DNA of 64,000 nucleotides from positions 2,705,499-2,769,498 of the forward strand of contig OY282373.1 in NCBI GenBank assembly GCA_958295805.1, read 5' to 3'. This stretch comes from an uncultured Nitrospirales bacterium. Its GTDB lineage: Bacteria > Nitrospirota > Nitrospiria > Nitrospirales > UBA8639. The notes beneath the pieces were generated by a model. It did not search any database and was not told where the DNA came from. It worked only from the letters and a program-made list of their open reading frames with translations. Each line of letters opens with the position of its first letter. The stretch's first letter is position 1. Of the stretch, positions 48,867 to 56,806 are shown piece after piece. The translations under genes were made by a program, and so were the position numbers.

Positions 48867-49022
48867 CTCGCACCGCCGGTGCGAGAAATTGGGGATTTGT
48901 CAAAAGTGCAACCATTGGTTGCACTCATTCAATGGGGTCTCCATCCTGTCGTTGCTCTCAAGCTGATGCGGCAGTTTTTGTGGACTATCGGGAAAAGGAA
49001 AAACTCCAACCACTGGTTGGAG
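48867..49022 (+). promoter_or_regulatory. Three 19-nt perfect palindromes (9-bp arms, 1-nt centre) upstream of the DprA-like gene
   Basis: A is ctcgcaccgccggtgcgag (48867-48885), B is gtgcaaccattggttgcac (48906-48924), and C is ctccaaccactggttggag (49004-49022). Each is preceded by an A-run (caaaaa, caaaa, gaaaaa). C contains the GGAG that lies 7 nt before the TTG start at 49030. Confidence 0.55.
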
Positions 49023-49029
49023 TAATGAG

Positions 49030-49683
49030 TTGAGTCAAGCATTGGGAATGGATCCTGAGCATCAAACGCTGTTAAGGCCCGGCGCTTCCGACTATCCGGC
49101 GGTGTTGCGGCGTTGCTCCGAGGATGGGCGTCCGCTTGCCGTCATGGTACGGGGCAACCTCGGCGTGCTTGATGTACCGCTGCTCGGGTTCTTTTGCTCC
49201 GTGCGCTCCCCCGGTGACGTGATTCTCAAAACTTACGACTTGGCCAAGACGCTGCGCCATGCCGACGTGACGATCATCGGCGGGTTCCAGTCGCCGATGG
49301 AAAAAGAGTGCCTGGACGTTCTGTTGCGGGGCACGGCGTCCGTCGTCGTCTGTCCGGCCCGGGGATTCAATCACATGCGAACCCCGAAAAACTGGAAGCC
49401 GCCCATAGCCGAAGGCCGCCTGTTGCTCCTCTCGTTCTTCGACGGCAACGTCCGCCGTCCCACCACGGCCCTGGCCGCCAAGCGCAACGCCTACGTCGCC
49501 ACCCTGGCCAACCGCCTCCTCATCGCCCACGCTGAACAAGACAGCAAAACCGAAACGTTGTGCAGGGACGCCCTGACCCAAGGCAAGCAGGTCTTCACCC
49601 TGGACTCCCCAGACAACGCCTCCCTGATCGAACTTGGTGCCCTCCCCGTCGCAGCGGACGACCTCACCGCACTCTTCGCCTAG
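49030..49683 (+). CDS. DprA/Smf-like (SLOG/Rossmann-fold) protein, divergent, no C-terminal DNA-binding extension
   Basis: 217 aa. The order of DprA blocks is preserved: DYPAVL, LLGFFCSVRSPG, IIGGFQSPMEKECLDVLLRG in place of SGxAxGID..AH, VVVCPARGF, RLLLLSFF, KRNAYVATLANRLLIAHAEQDSKTE, GKQVFTL. Start is TTG 49030 or ATG 49048. Confidence 0.65.
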   Translation: MSQALGMDPEHQTLLRPGASDYPAVLRRCSEDGRPLAVMVRGNLGVLDVPLLGFFCSVRSPGDVILKTYDLAKTLRHADVTIIGGFQSPMEKECLDVLLRGTASVVVCPARGFNHMRTPKNWKPPIAEGRLLLLSFFDGNVRRPTTALAAKRNAYVATLANRLLIAHAEQDSKTETLCRDALTQGKQVFTLDSPDNASLIELGALPVAADDLTALFA

Positions 49684-49740
49684 GGCCTGTTCATACGAAT
49701 GCAACGCCTCGAAGATACGCACGAACATGATGAACCCCTC

Positions 49741-49845
49741 TCCGCTCTCTGTAGCTGCGCCATCTCATGGCGCCGAGGGGACCATGCCGGATGCGAAGCG
49801 GCGTTGGCTCTCCGCTCTTCTGTAGCGGCGCCATCTCATGGCGCC
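49741..49845. repeat. Two copies of the REP-like element tccgctct(c/t)ctgtagcNgcgccatctcatggcgcc
   Basis: Copies at 49741-49774 and 49811-49845. Each contains the hairpin ggcgccat-ctc-atggcgcc (8-bp stem). A related copy lies at 15227-15255. Confidence 0.8.
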
Positions 49846-50026
49846 CGTCGTGGTATTCCAAACACTCTCACCGACCCATCTCGGGCTAGGCAGGGAGGCG
49901 AGATAAGACATGTCCCTGCCTCCGAGCAGGGATCACGCAACGACGAACCACGGGACGGCAATCAAGTCCATTCAATAAGTCATCGTGCCAACGGGCACAA
50001 AAGAACGCGGTTCGTTCCTTGCCTTA

Positions 50027-50055
50027 TTGAGAGAACCAAAGCCGGTTCATATAAT
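50027..50055 (+). promoter_or_regulatory. Candidate sigma70 promoter for rmuC (TTGAGA-17 nt-TATAAT)
   Basis: TTGAGAgaaccaaagccggttcaTATAAT, followed by GGAGGA and the rmuC ATG 24 nt downstream of the -10 box. Confidence 0.45.
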
Positions 50056-50078
50056 GTAACGAAACGGAGGATCGACCA

Positions 50079-51302
50079 ATGGAATGGATAATCGGCGGGA
50101 CTATCGGATTGCTTATCGGCGGCACGGTCTGCTGGTTCGTTCAGGAATTTCGGACCAGAAGCAAATTGGACAAGGAGTCGGCCAAACACGAGGTGGAAAT
50201 GGCCGGGTTGCAGGCACGTCTAGAGACTGCCGACAACGCCCAACAGATTATCGAGTCGGCGAAAACGCAAATGGGTGAAACATTCAGAGCGGCCGCCGCC
50301 GATGCATTGAGTGGTAACAACAAACAGTTTTTGAGCCTGGCCAACGAAAATTTTGACAAGACGATGGAATCTGCTAAAGGCGAGTTTCACCGGCGATACC
50401 AGCAGTTTCAGGATATGGTGAAACCACTGGCGGAAAACTATAGCAAGCTCAATCCGCAGATTGATTCACTGATTACGCAGGTGCAGGCCGCTAATGCGGA
50501 AACCAACAAATTGTCTGCTGCGCTTACCGACAATCGTCGCGTCGGGAATTGGGGCGAGATTCAATTGCGACGGGTGGTTGAGCTTGCCGGTATGACTGAT
50601 TATTGCGACTTTATTGAGCAGGCGACCGGCGGCAGTTCACAAGACCGTCCCGATTTGATTGTGACGCTGCCGGAGCGGCGTGCCGTTGTCGTGGACGCCA
50701 AAGCGTCCACCGCCGCGTACATGGAAGCGCAGCAGGCGGAGGATGACGAAACCGCCAATGTTGCCTGGAAGAAACACGCTGCCGCGTTGAGACGCCAAGT
50801 CACCGAGTTGGCCCGTAGAAATTATGGCCAGAAAACTGAAGGCGCTCTTGATTTTGTCGTGATGTTCGTGCCGGGAGACCAGTTTCTCTCTGCGGCCCTG
50901 AACACCGACCGCGATCTGTTGGAATATGCGATGGACCGCCGGGTTGCCATCGCTACGCCGGCGTCGCTGATTGCGATGCTGTGGGCCATCAACAACGGTT
51001 GGCAACAGTTCCGCCTTGCCCAGGATGCCCGGCAAATCAAAGAAGTGGGCGAAGACATGCACAAGCGGATGCTCAAATTCATCAGTGACTATCAGAACGT
51101 CGGCAAGGAATTGAAAAGCGCCGTGACCGCTTTCAACGAATCTATCGGTTCGTTCGATGAGCGAATTGTCCCTAAAGGACGACAGTTCTCCAAAATGGTT
51201 ACGGGCGATGATCGGTTCGAGATTCCGCATGCGATTGACCCGTCGCTGCGCACTTCCCGCTACGCCACACCCCCCGCTTCGACCACTGACGGCGACGACT
51301 AG
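50079..51302 (+). CDS. rmuC: DNA recombination protein RmuC
   Basis: 407 aa with an N-terminal TM helix, a long coiled coil, and a nuclease-like core (NWGEIQLRRVVELAGM...DLIVTLPERRAVVVDAKAS...FVVMFVPGDQF). Confidence 0.88.
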   Translation: MEWIIGGTIGLLIGGTVCWFVQEFRTRSKLDKESAKHEVEMAGLQARLETADNAQQIIESAKTQMGETFRAAAADALSGNNKQFLSLANENFDKTMESAKGEFHRRYQQFQDMVKPLAENYSKLNPQIDSLITQVQAANAETNKLSAALTDNRRVGNWGEIQLRRVVELAGMTDYCDFIEQATGGSSQDRPDLIVTLPERRAVVVDAKASTAAYMEAQQAEDDETANVAWKKHAAALRRQVTELARRNYGQKTEGALDFVVMFVPGDQFLSAALNTDRDLLEYAMDRRVAIATPASLIAMLWAINNGWQQFRLAQDARQIKEVGEDMHKRMLKFISDYQNVGKELKSAVTAFNESIGSFDERIVPKGRQFSKMVTGDDRFEIPHAIDPSLRTSRYATPPASTTDGDD

Positions 51303-51436
51303 CGTCTTGGGTCGACGAATTCAGACAAGTGATCTCATCTTCTCAAATAGATGACCGTACGCATGTCGTCGTTCACACCACCTACCATCGGGCTCTTGGA
51401 ATTCAGGCAAGAAAGTAAAGGCGGGGAACGAGTGAC

Positions 51437-51706
51437 TTACGCCACCCGTCTTGCTTCGGCAGCCTTGGCAAGATCATACGTCGCCTGCACGTTCAGCCAC
51501 AGCTTCGGCGACGTACCCAGAATGTCGGCCAGATCGAGGGCGGCCTCGGCGGTGATGCCTCGCTTGCCTCGTATCAGCTCATTCAGGCGCGCTCGGCTCC
51601 AGCCGATCTTTTGGGCGAACGCCGCTTGGGTTATTCCCATGGGATCGAGAAATTCCTCACGCAGCATTTCACCGGGATGAAAAGGATTTTCTGGTTGTTG
51701 ATCCAC
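51437..51706 (-). CDS. higA: HigA-family antitoxin (XRE-type HTH)
   Basis: HPGEMLREEFLDPMGITQAAFAQKIGWSRARLNELIRGKRGITAEAALDLADILGTSPKLWLNVQ. GTG start with AGGAGG upstream. Confidence 0.85.
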   Translation of the reverse strand: MDQQPENPFHPGEMLREEFLDPMGITQAAFAQKIGWSRARLNELIRGKRGITAEAALDLADILGTSPKLWLNVQATYDLAKAAEARRVA

Positions 51707-51720
51707 TGCTTTTGCCTCCT

Positions 51721-51926
51721 TTAGTGATAGTCGATGATTTGCACGTCATAGGCCTACCCCTTACTCCATTGAAACCAGAACGTTGCCAAATGTCTGAATC
51801 ACGTCCGCATGTTATCGGAACCCGATAATAATGACAAAATCGGCAATGGCTTGCGTGAACGGATGCACGTTCGCGTTGACTGCCAGGCGTGGTCCATCTG
51901 CCGAATGAATCCGTTGTCTTCATCAT
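51721..51926 (-). pseudogene. Decayed higB (RelE/ParE-fold killer) gene
   Basis: One frame reads WFQWSKG*AYDVQIIDYH*, the HigB C-terminal motif interrupted by TAG. The upstream part is only readable in another frame. The stop lies 14 nt before the higA start, as in higBA operons. Confidence 0.45.
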
Positions 51927-52026
51927 TTCACTTTTTCAGAGAATTTGTATTATTCTTGAGACAAAGGATTGTAGATTGAGGCTTTGTGGAGGACAACAAG
52001 TCGATGGTCAATCCGAGGAATTCCCG

Positions 52027-55000
52027 ATGCGGACACTCAACGGAACCAACGTCACGCAACATCTGAAGAACTTCGATCTCCGCACGCTGTTCATTGAAGA
52101 ACTGGGCTGGGACCAGGGCGGAACCGATACCGACGCCACCGTGGGCAACCAAACGTTCACGTTGCAGGCCATTGCACACGCACGCGGCATGGTGGCCTAT
52201 CAATGCGTGGCGGACGTTGACGATGTTTTCCCCGATCATCCGACCCGCCGGAAGATCGAGAGAGCCGTTGCCAAAACCGTCCGCGAACACGTCATCGTCT
52301 ACCCTTCACGCGACAGGAACGCCCTGTACTGGCAATGGGTGAAGCGCGAGCAGGGGAGGCCTGATCGATCTCACGCGTCCATTTATCACCTGGACCACCC
52401 GGACGACGCGATGATCCAGAAGTTGAGGCATCTTGTCTGTACGCCGGACGAGGAAGATAACAACCCGAGCCTCGCCGATGGATCGGACCGAATGCTCGCG
52501 GCCTTCGACGTTGAGAAAGTCATCAGGCAGTTCTACGACCGTTTGAAAAAACAGCGCGACGGGTTTCAGAGATTCATCAAAGGCATCCCGACCCTTGCAG
52601 ACAGGGAATGGTACGCCTCGCTGATGCTGAACCGGATCATGTTTCTCTACTTCATCCAGAAGCGGGGCTTCCTTGACGGCGACCCGGACTATCTGCGCAA
52701 CCGCCTTGAACGCATGCAATGGACACGGGGGAAGGACCGCCTCCAACGGTTCTACCGGCTGTTTCTCCTGAAACTGTTCCACGAGGGGTTGAGTCGGCCA
52801 GAGGCCGAGCGAGCACCGGAATCAGCGGAATTGCTCGGCACGGTCCCCTATCTCAACGGCGGCCTGTTCGACGTACACGACCTGGAGCGCGACAACCCGG
52901 ACATCCGCATCCCGGACGAAGCCTTCGTGAAAATTTTCGCCTTCTTCGACGCCTATCAGTGGCATCTTGACGACCGGCCGCTCCGCAACGACAACGAGAT
53001 CAATCTCGACGTGCTGGGCTCCATCTTTGAGAAGTACGTCAACCAGAAGCAGATGGGCGCCTACTACACCAAGGAGGACGTCACCGGTTACATCAGCCGC
53101 AACACCGTCCTGCCGTTCCTGTTCGACCGTGTGAAACAGGATTGTTCGAGTGCGTTCAAGCCCGGCGGCGGAGTGTGGCGGCTGCTGGCGGACGACCCTG
53201 ACCGGTACGTCTACGAAGCCGTCCGTCACGGTGTCACCTATGACGTTCACAAACAGGAAGCCCTGGCCGACAGACGCGAATTGCCGCCCGAGGTCGCCGC
53301 GGGGCTGCACGACGTGGCGCAACGCGGCGGCTGGAACGAAGCGGCCCCGTCCGAGTACGCCCTGCCGACCGAGACGTGGCGCGAGCACGTGGTCCGCCGG
53401 CAACGTTATGAGGAAATCCGCGCCAAACTCGCCGCGGGCGAGGTGACGTCGATCAACGACCTCATCACCTACAATTTGGACGTCGAACAATTCGCCCAGG
53501 ACGTGATCGCGGGCAGCGAAGGCCCGGAACTGGTCCGCGCCTTCTGGAAGGCACTCACCACCGTCTCCATCCTCGACCCGACCTGCGGGTCCGGCGCGTT
53601 TCTGTTGGCCGCGATGAACGTGCTGGAGCCGATGTACGTCGCCTGCCTGGACGCCATGCGGGAACACCTTGATGACCTGACGCGCTCGACGCACACGCAC
53701 GGCCCGGAGCATCTGAACGATTTTCGCACGATACTTGACCGCGTGGCGGCACATGCCGGCGAACGCGACTTCATCCTCAAGTCCATCATTGTCAACAACG
53801 TGTACGGCGTGGACATCATGGACGAGGCCGTGGAACTCTGCAAACTGCGCCTGCTCCTGAAACTGTTCGCGGAGACGAGGGCCGACCGGATCGAACCACT
53901 GCCCGACGTGGCCCTCAACGTCCGTGCGGGCAACACGCTCGTGGGTTTCACGTCGATCAAGGAAATACAGGAAGCGTTCGTCATGACCCAAGGCGACCAG
54001 CGGAGAATGCTCTACCCCGAAGACGAGACCGAACTGACGCGCATTAAAACGCGCGCCGAAGCCGCCGACCTGGCCTTTCGCCATTTCCGCGACGTGCAGG
54101 CCGAGCACGGCGTGGGTGCAGGCGCGTTCGCCCACGCGAAGTCGGATCTGCGGGAACGACTCGACGACCTGCGCAACGAATTCAACGAATATTTGGCCGG
54201 CAACTACGGCGTCGAGACCGCTGACGAAGGGGCCTACCGGCAATGGCGTCACAGCCACCGGCCTTTCCATTGGTTCATCGAATTCTACGGCGTCATGAAC
54301 GGCGGCGGGTTCGACGTGCTCATCGGGAATCCGCCTTACCTGAAATACAGTCAGGTGAAGAATCATGACACCGTCAAGGGCTACGCCACCCGATCCTGCG
54401 GCAATCTGTTCGCATTGATGATGGAACGAAGCACGCGCCTCTCTCATTCGGAAAGCTTCTTGAGCATGATGGTCCCGCTGAGTGGACACAGCACAAAGAA
54501 AATGCTCCCGTTGATGAACACGTTTTATAAGTCGTTCACGTCGTGCCACCTGTTCAACATCAGCGCCGACGCCCATCCAGGCGTTTTGCTTCCCGGAGCC
54601 AGATTCAGGTTGGCGATCTTTATCACGTCAAATCGTGGAAAGGGAATCTTCACGACTGGGTATTCACGATGGTACGCAGCGGAGGGGGGCCATCTGTTCA
54701 GCCTCTTGCAGTACACGCCCATCGGGACCATCCACTATCCAACCGCCATTCCAAAGGTCTCAAGTCCTCTGCATCTACAGATTTTGCAGAAACTGTACGC
54801 GTATCAAGAAAGCCTGCACGATTCGCTCAGTTCCAGACCGTTGTCTGATCGGGTGCTGCTCTATCATTCATCACCGGTTAATTGGATTCGAGCGCATACG
54901 ACGACGCCATATTTTTACAACCAGCGAGACGGTGAAAAAACGTCCGTCAAGTTGAAACCTCTCTACCAGAACAACGGGACCGAGAGTTTACAGGGAATCC

Positions 55001-55353
55001 TCTGTAGCACGGTGTTCTTTATCTGGTGGCTGTCTCATTCGGACTGCTGTGACTTGAACCGACAGGAGATCGAGACGTTTCCCAAGTGTCGAAGTGCGAA
55101 ATTCGTCTCGCTGTCTCACCGGTTAGAAGATGACATGCGGGTTCATGCAAAACGACATCGTTATCCCGACAAGACGACGGGAAGAATTGAATACGACGAA
55201 TTTGTTATGAAAATGTCCAAACCGCTCATAGACGACGTTGATGCCGTCCTGGCCGAGCACTACGGTTTCACGGACGAGGAATTGGATTTCATCATCAACT
55301 ACGATATCAAGTACCGCATGGGCTTGAACAATCTGAGCAGTGACGGGGAATGA
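52027..55353 (+). CDS. Large gamma-class N6-adenine DNA methyltransferase (Eco57I/type IIG-like), copy 2, intact
   Basis: 1,108 aa from ATG 52027 (GAGGAA upstream). Motif I is ILDPTCGSGAFL, motif IV is LIGNPPYL, and PYLNGGLFD and GAYYTKEDVTGYI helper motifs are present. Paralog of 44545-47870 except for residues after NPPY. Confidence 0.9.
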   Translation: MRTLNGTNVTQHLKNFDLRTLFIEELGWDQGGTDTDATVGNQTFTLQAIAHARGMVAYQCVADVDDVFPDHPTRRKIERAVAKTVREHVIVYPSRDRNALYWQWVKREQGRPDRSHASIYHLDHPDDAMIQKLRHLVCTPDEEDNNPSLADGSDRMLAAFDVEKVIRQFYDRLKKQRDGFQRFIKGIPTLADREWYASLMLNRIMFLYFIQKRGFLDGDPDYLRNRLERMQWTRGKDRLQRFYRLFLLKLFHEGLSRPEAERAPESAELLGTVPYLNGGLFDVHDLERDNPDIRIPDEAFVKIFAFFDAYQWHLDDRPLRNDNEINLDVLGSIFEKYVNQKQMGAYYTKEDVTGYISRNTVLPFLFDRVKQDCSSAFKPGGGVWRLLADDPDRYVYEAVRHGVTYDVHKQEALADRRELPPEVAAGLHDVAQRGGWNEAAPSEYALPTETWREHVVRRQRYEEIRAKLAAGEVTSINDLITYNLDVEQFAQDVIAGSEGPELVRAFWKALTTVSILDPTCGSGAFLLAAMNVLEPMYVACLDAMREHLDDLTRSTHTHGPEHLNDFRTILDRVAAHAGERDFILKSIIVNNVYGVDIMDEAVELCKLRLLLKLFAETRADRIEPLPDVALNVRAGNTLVGFTSIKEIQEAFVMTQGDQRRMLYPEDETELTRIKTRAEAADLAFRHFRDVQAEHGVGAGAFAHAKSDLRERLDDLRNEFNEYLAGNYGVETADEGAYRQWRHSHRPFHWFIEFYGVMNGGGFDVLIGNPPYLKYSQVKNHDTVKGYATRSCGNLFALMMERSTRLSHSESFLSMMVPLSGHSTKKMLPLMNTFYKSFTSCHLFNISADAHPGVLLPGARFRLAIFITSNRGKGIFTTGYSRWYAAEGGHLFSLLQYTPIGTIHYPTAIPKVSSPLHLQILQKLYAYQESLHDSLSSRPLSDRVLLYHSSPVNWIRAHTTTPYFYNQRDGEKTSVKLKPLYQNNGTESLQGILCSTVFFIWWLSHSDCCDLNRQEIETFPKCRSAKFVSLSHRLEDDMRVHAKRHRYPDKTTGRIEYDEFVMKMSKPLIDDVDAVLAEHYGFTDEELDFIINYDIKYRMGLNNLSSDGE

Positions 55354-55396
55354 CGCCATGCCGCCTGAAGGGCAATCGAATGGTTCCTTGCTTTAG

Positions 55397-55512
55397 CTGG
55401 AGGACGTGGAACGCGCCGTTGCCGAAGGGGCGCGTGACGAGTGATCGCGCTTGATACCAACGTTCTGGTTCGTTATCTGGTGACATTGCTGGACCCGTCA
55501 ACGCGGACTTAA
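55397..55512 (+). pseudogene. vapBC stub (last 15 codons of an antitoxin plus first ~17 codons of a PIN toxin)
   Basis: ...LEDVERAVAEGARDE* overlaps by GTGA with VIALDTNVLVRYLV, the conserved PIN N-terminus. The frame then leaves the family pattern and stops after 24 codons. Confidence 0.5.
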
Positions 55513-55513
55513 C

Positions 55514-56728
55514 CTAAGAAGCCGTCTCCATCGTTCGTTTGATAAATTGTCCGAACAGGGGAACGGCAAAGCAATATTTCCCATGTCTATTCTTAAAGAT
55601 AAGGCCTGCATCGCTCAATCGAGCCAGCATCTGATTTACCTGGCTATGACTGATTGGTTTTTGGAGTTGAGACCGTGAGGCCTCAGCTATTTCATTTCCC
55701 GTGAATTCACTCTCGCTTGTCGTCAGATTGGCAATAATCCAAAGCAAGTCCTTTTGTCGTTCCGTGACCTTTGCCCATCTTCCCGCATAAAAATCCGAGT
55801 CTAATTTAGAAATAATCGCTTCGGCGGGGACAATTGTATTTTCCCCGGCTTCAATTTGTTGCAACCACGTGTCATACGCTTCTTTGCAGATAAATTGGAT
55901 AAAATAGGGATATCCTCCCGACATCCCCACAATGCGATTGACTGATTTCTCGTTAAATCTGATAGGACATTCTGCATCTTGAATCGGTTTCAGGATCGCG
56001 TCTTTTGTATCTTCCTCCGACAGTCTCTTCAAAAATAAGACGTGAAACATTCTTTCAGAATACGTTCGTGCCTCTACGAGTTTAGGGAACAACGTCGGCA
56101 GGCCCGTCAATACCAACAGATAACTCAAATTTTTTCGCTGTAACGATTGGAAAACTTCTAAGATGAGCGATAAGGGAAATTGCTCTTTTTTGGCTTGGTC
56201 CGACATGTTTTGTGCTTCATCATAGGCAAAAATTATCCCTTTCTTCTGAAGCTGAGGTAGAAATGCCCAAATATATTCAAGAACGTATTTGAGCTTGTCT
56301 GAGACGAGCCCGGGAGTTTCATCATAGAGTCTTCGCAAAAATGGATAAGCGAGTGTGTCTTTCGCTTGCGTCTCAATAAAACCAGCAGATTCTGGAGCGG
56401 GCCGCGTCACCGTAATTCGGGACGTGATTACCGACATATCTCTCAGGATTCTGGTTGCCACGCTTTCTTCACTGATACTGACCGATTCAGAAAGGTCGTT
56501 TCCTACCCACAGCCAACCTTCTTGGATGGCAATCGGCTTGAGAGATTCTAATAGCACGGTTTTTCCTACCCCTCGAAGCCCAGTAATGACGAGATTTTCT
56601 AAAATGGTCGTTTGCCGTAACAGCCGTCTGAATTCTATCTCCTCTTCTTTACGCCCTGCGAGATAGGGAGGCATATGACCTGCTCCTGGCTTAAACGGGT
56701 TGGTAAAAGGTGGATGCTTTATTTCCAT
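55514..56728 (-). CDS. AAA-type ATPase with C-terminal winged-helix (Orc1/Cdc6-like, 'archaeal ATPase' family)
   Basis: 404 aa. FTNPFKPGAGHMPPYLAGRKEEEIEF, Walker A GLRGVGKTVLL, Walker B IIFAYDEAQ. The C-terminal segment QVNQMLARLSDAGLIFKNRHGKYCFAVPLF looks like a wHTH. Visibly AT-rich relative to its neighbours. Confidence 0.75.
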   Translation of the reverse strand: MEIKHPPFTNPFKPGAGHMPPYLAGRKEEEIEFRRLLRQTTILENLVITGLRGVGKTVLLESLKPIAIQEGWLWVGNDLSESVSISEESVATRILRDMSVITSRITVTRPAPESAGFIETQAKDTLAYPFLRRLYDETPGLVSDKLKYVLEYIWAFLPQLQKKGIIFAYDEAQNMSDQAKKEQFPLSLILEVFQSLQRKNLSYLLVLTGLPTLFPKLVEARTYSERMFHVLFLKRLSEEDTKDAILKPIQDAECPIRFNEKSVNRIVGMSGGYPYFIQFICKEAYDTWLQQIEAGENTIVPAEAIISKLDSDFYAGRWAKVTERQKDLLWIIANLTTSESEFTGNEIAEASRSQLQKPISHSQVNQMLARLSDAGLIFKNRHGKYCFAVPLFGQFIKRTMETAS

Positions 56729-56777
56729 ATTCGTTTTTTACTAAAAAAATTCAATTAAATTTATTTATTGCAGTACT

Positions 56778-56806
56778 TTTATATTTCAATATAAATTTAT
56801 TGTCAA
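56778..56806 (-). promoter_or_regulatory. Candidate sigma70 promoter of the ATPase gene (TTGACA-17 nt-TATAAA)
   Basis: The minus strand reads TTGACAataaatttatattgaaaTATAAA within a very AT-rich 137-bp spacer. The imperfect palindrome ttattgtcaacaataa overlaps the -35 box. Confidence 0.45.

Noticed and set aside
51669-51926. 85-aa minus-strand ORF upstream of higA as a real protein
   Set aside because: Its translation is not HigB-like. HigB motif pieces appear in a different frame interrupted by TAG, so the ORF is a by-product of a decayed higB.
52822-54576. Long antisense ORFs inside confident genes (584 aa here; also 25129..26208, 37245..38516, 9241..10428, 57355..58254, 45283..45768)
   Set aside because: Each lies fully inside a well-supported gene on the other strand (methylase, rny, leuS, ftsW/murD, uvrC). 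Their composition is low-complexity and Arg/Gly/His-rich.
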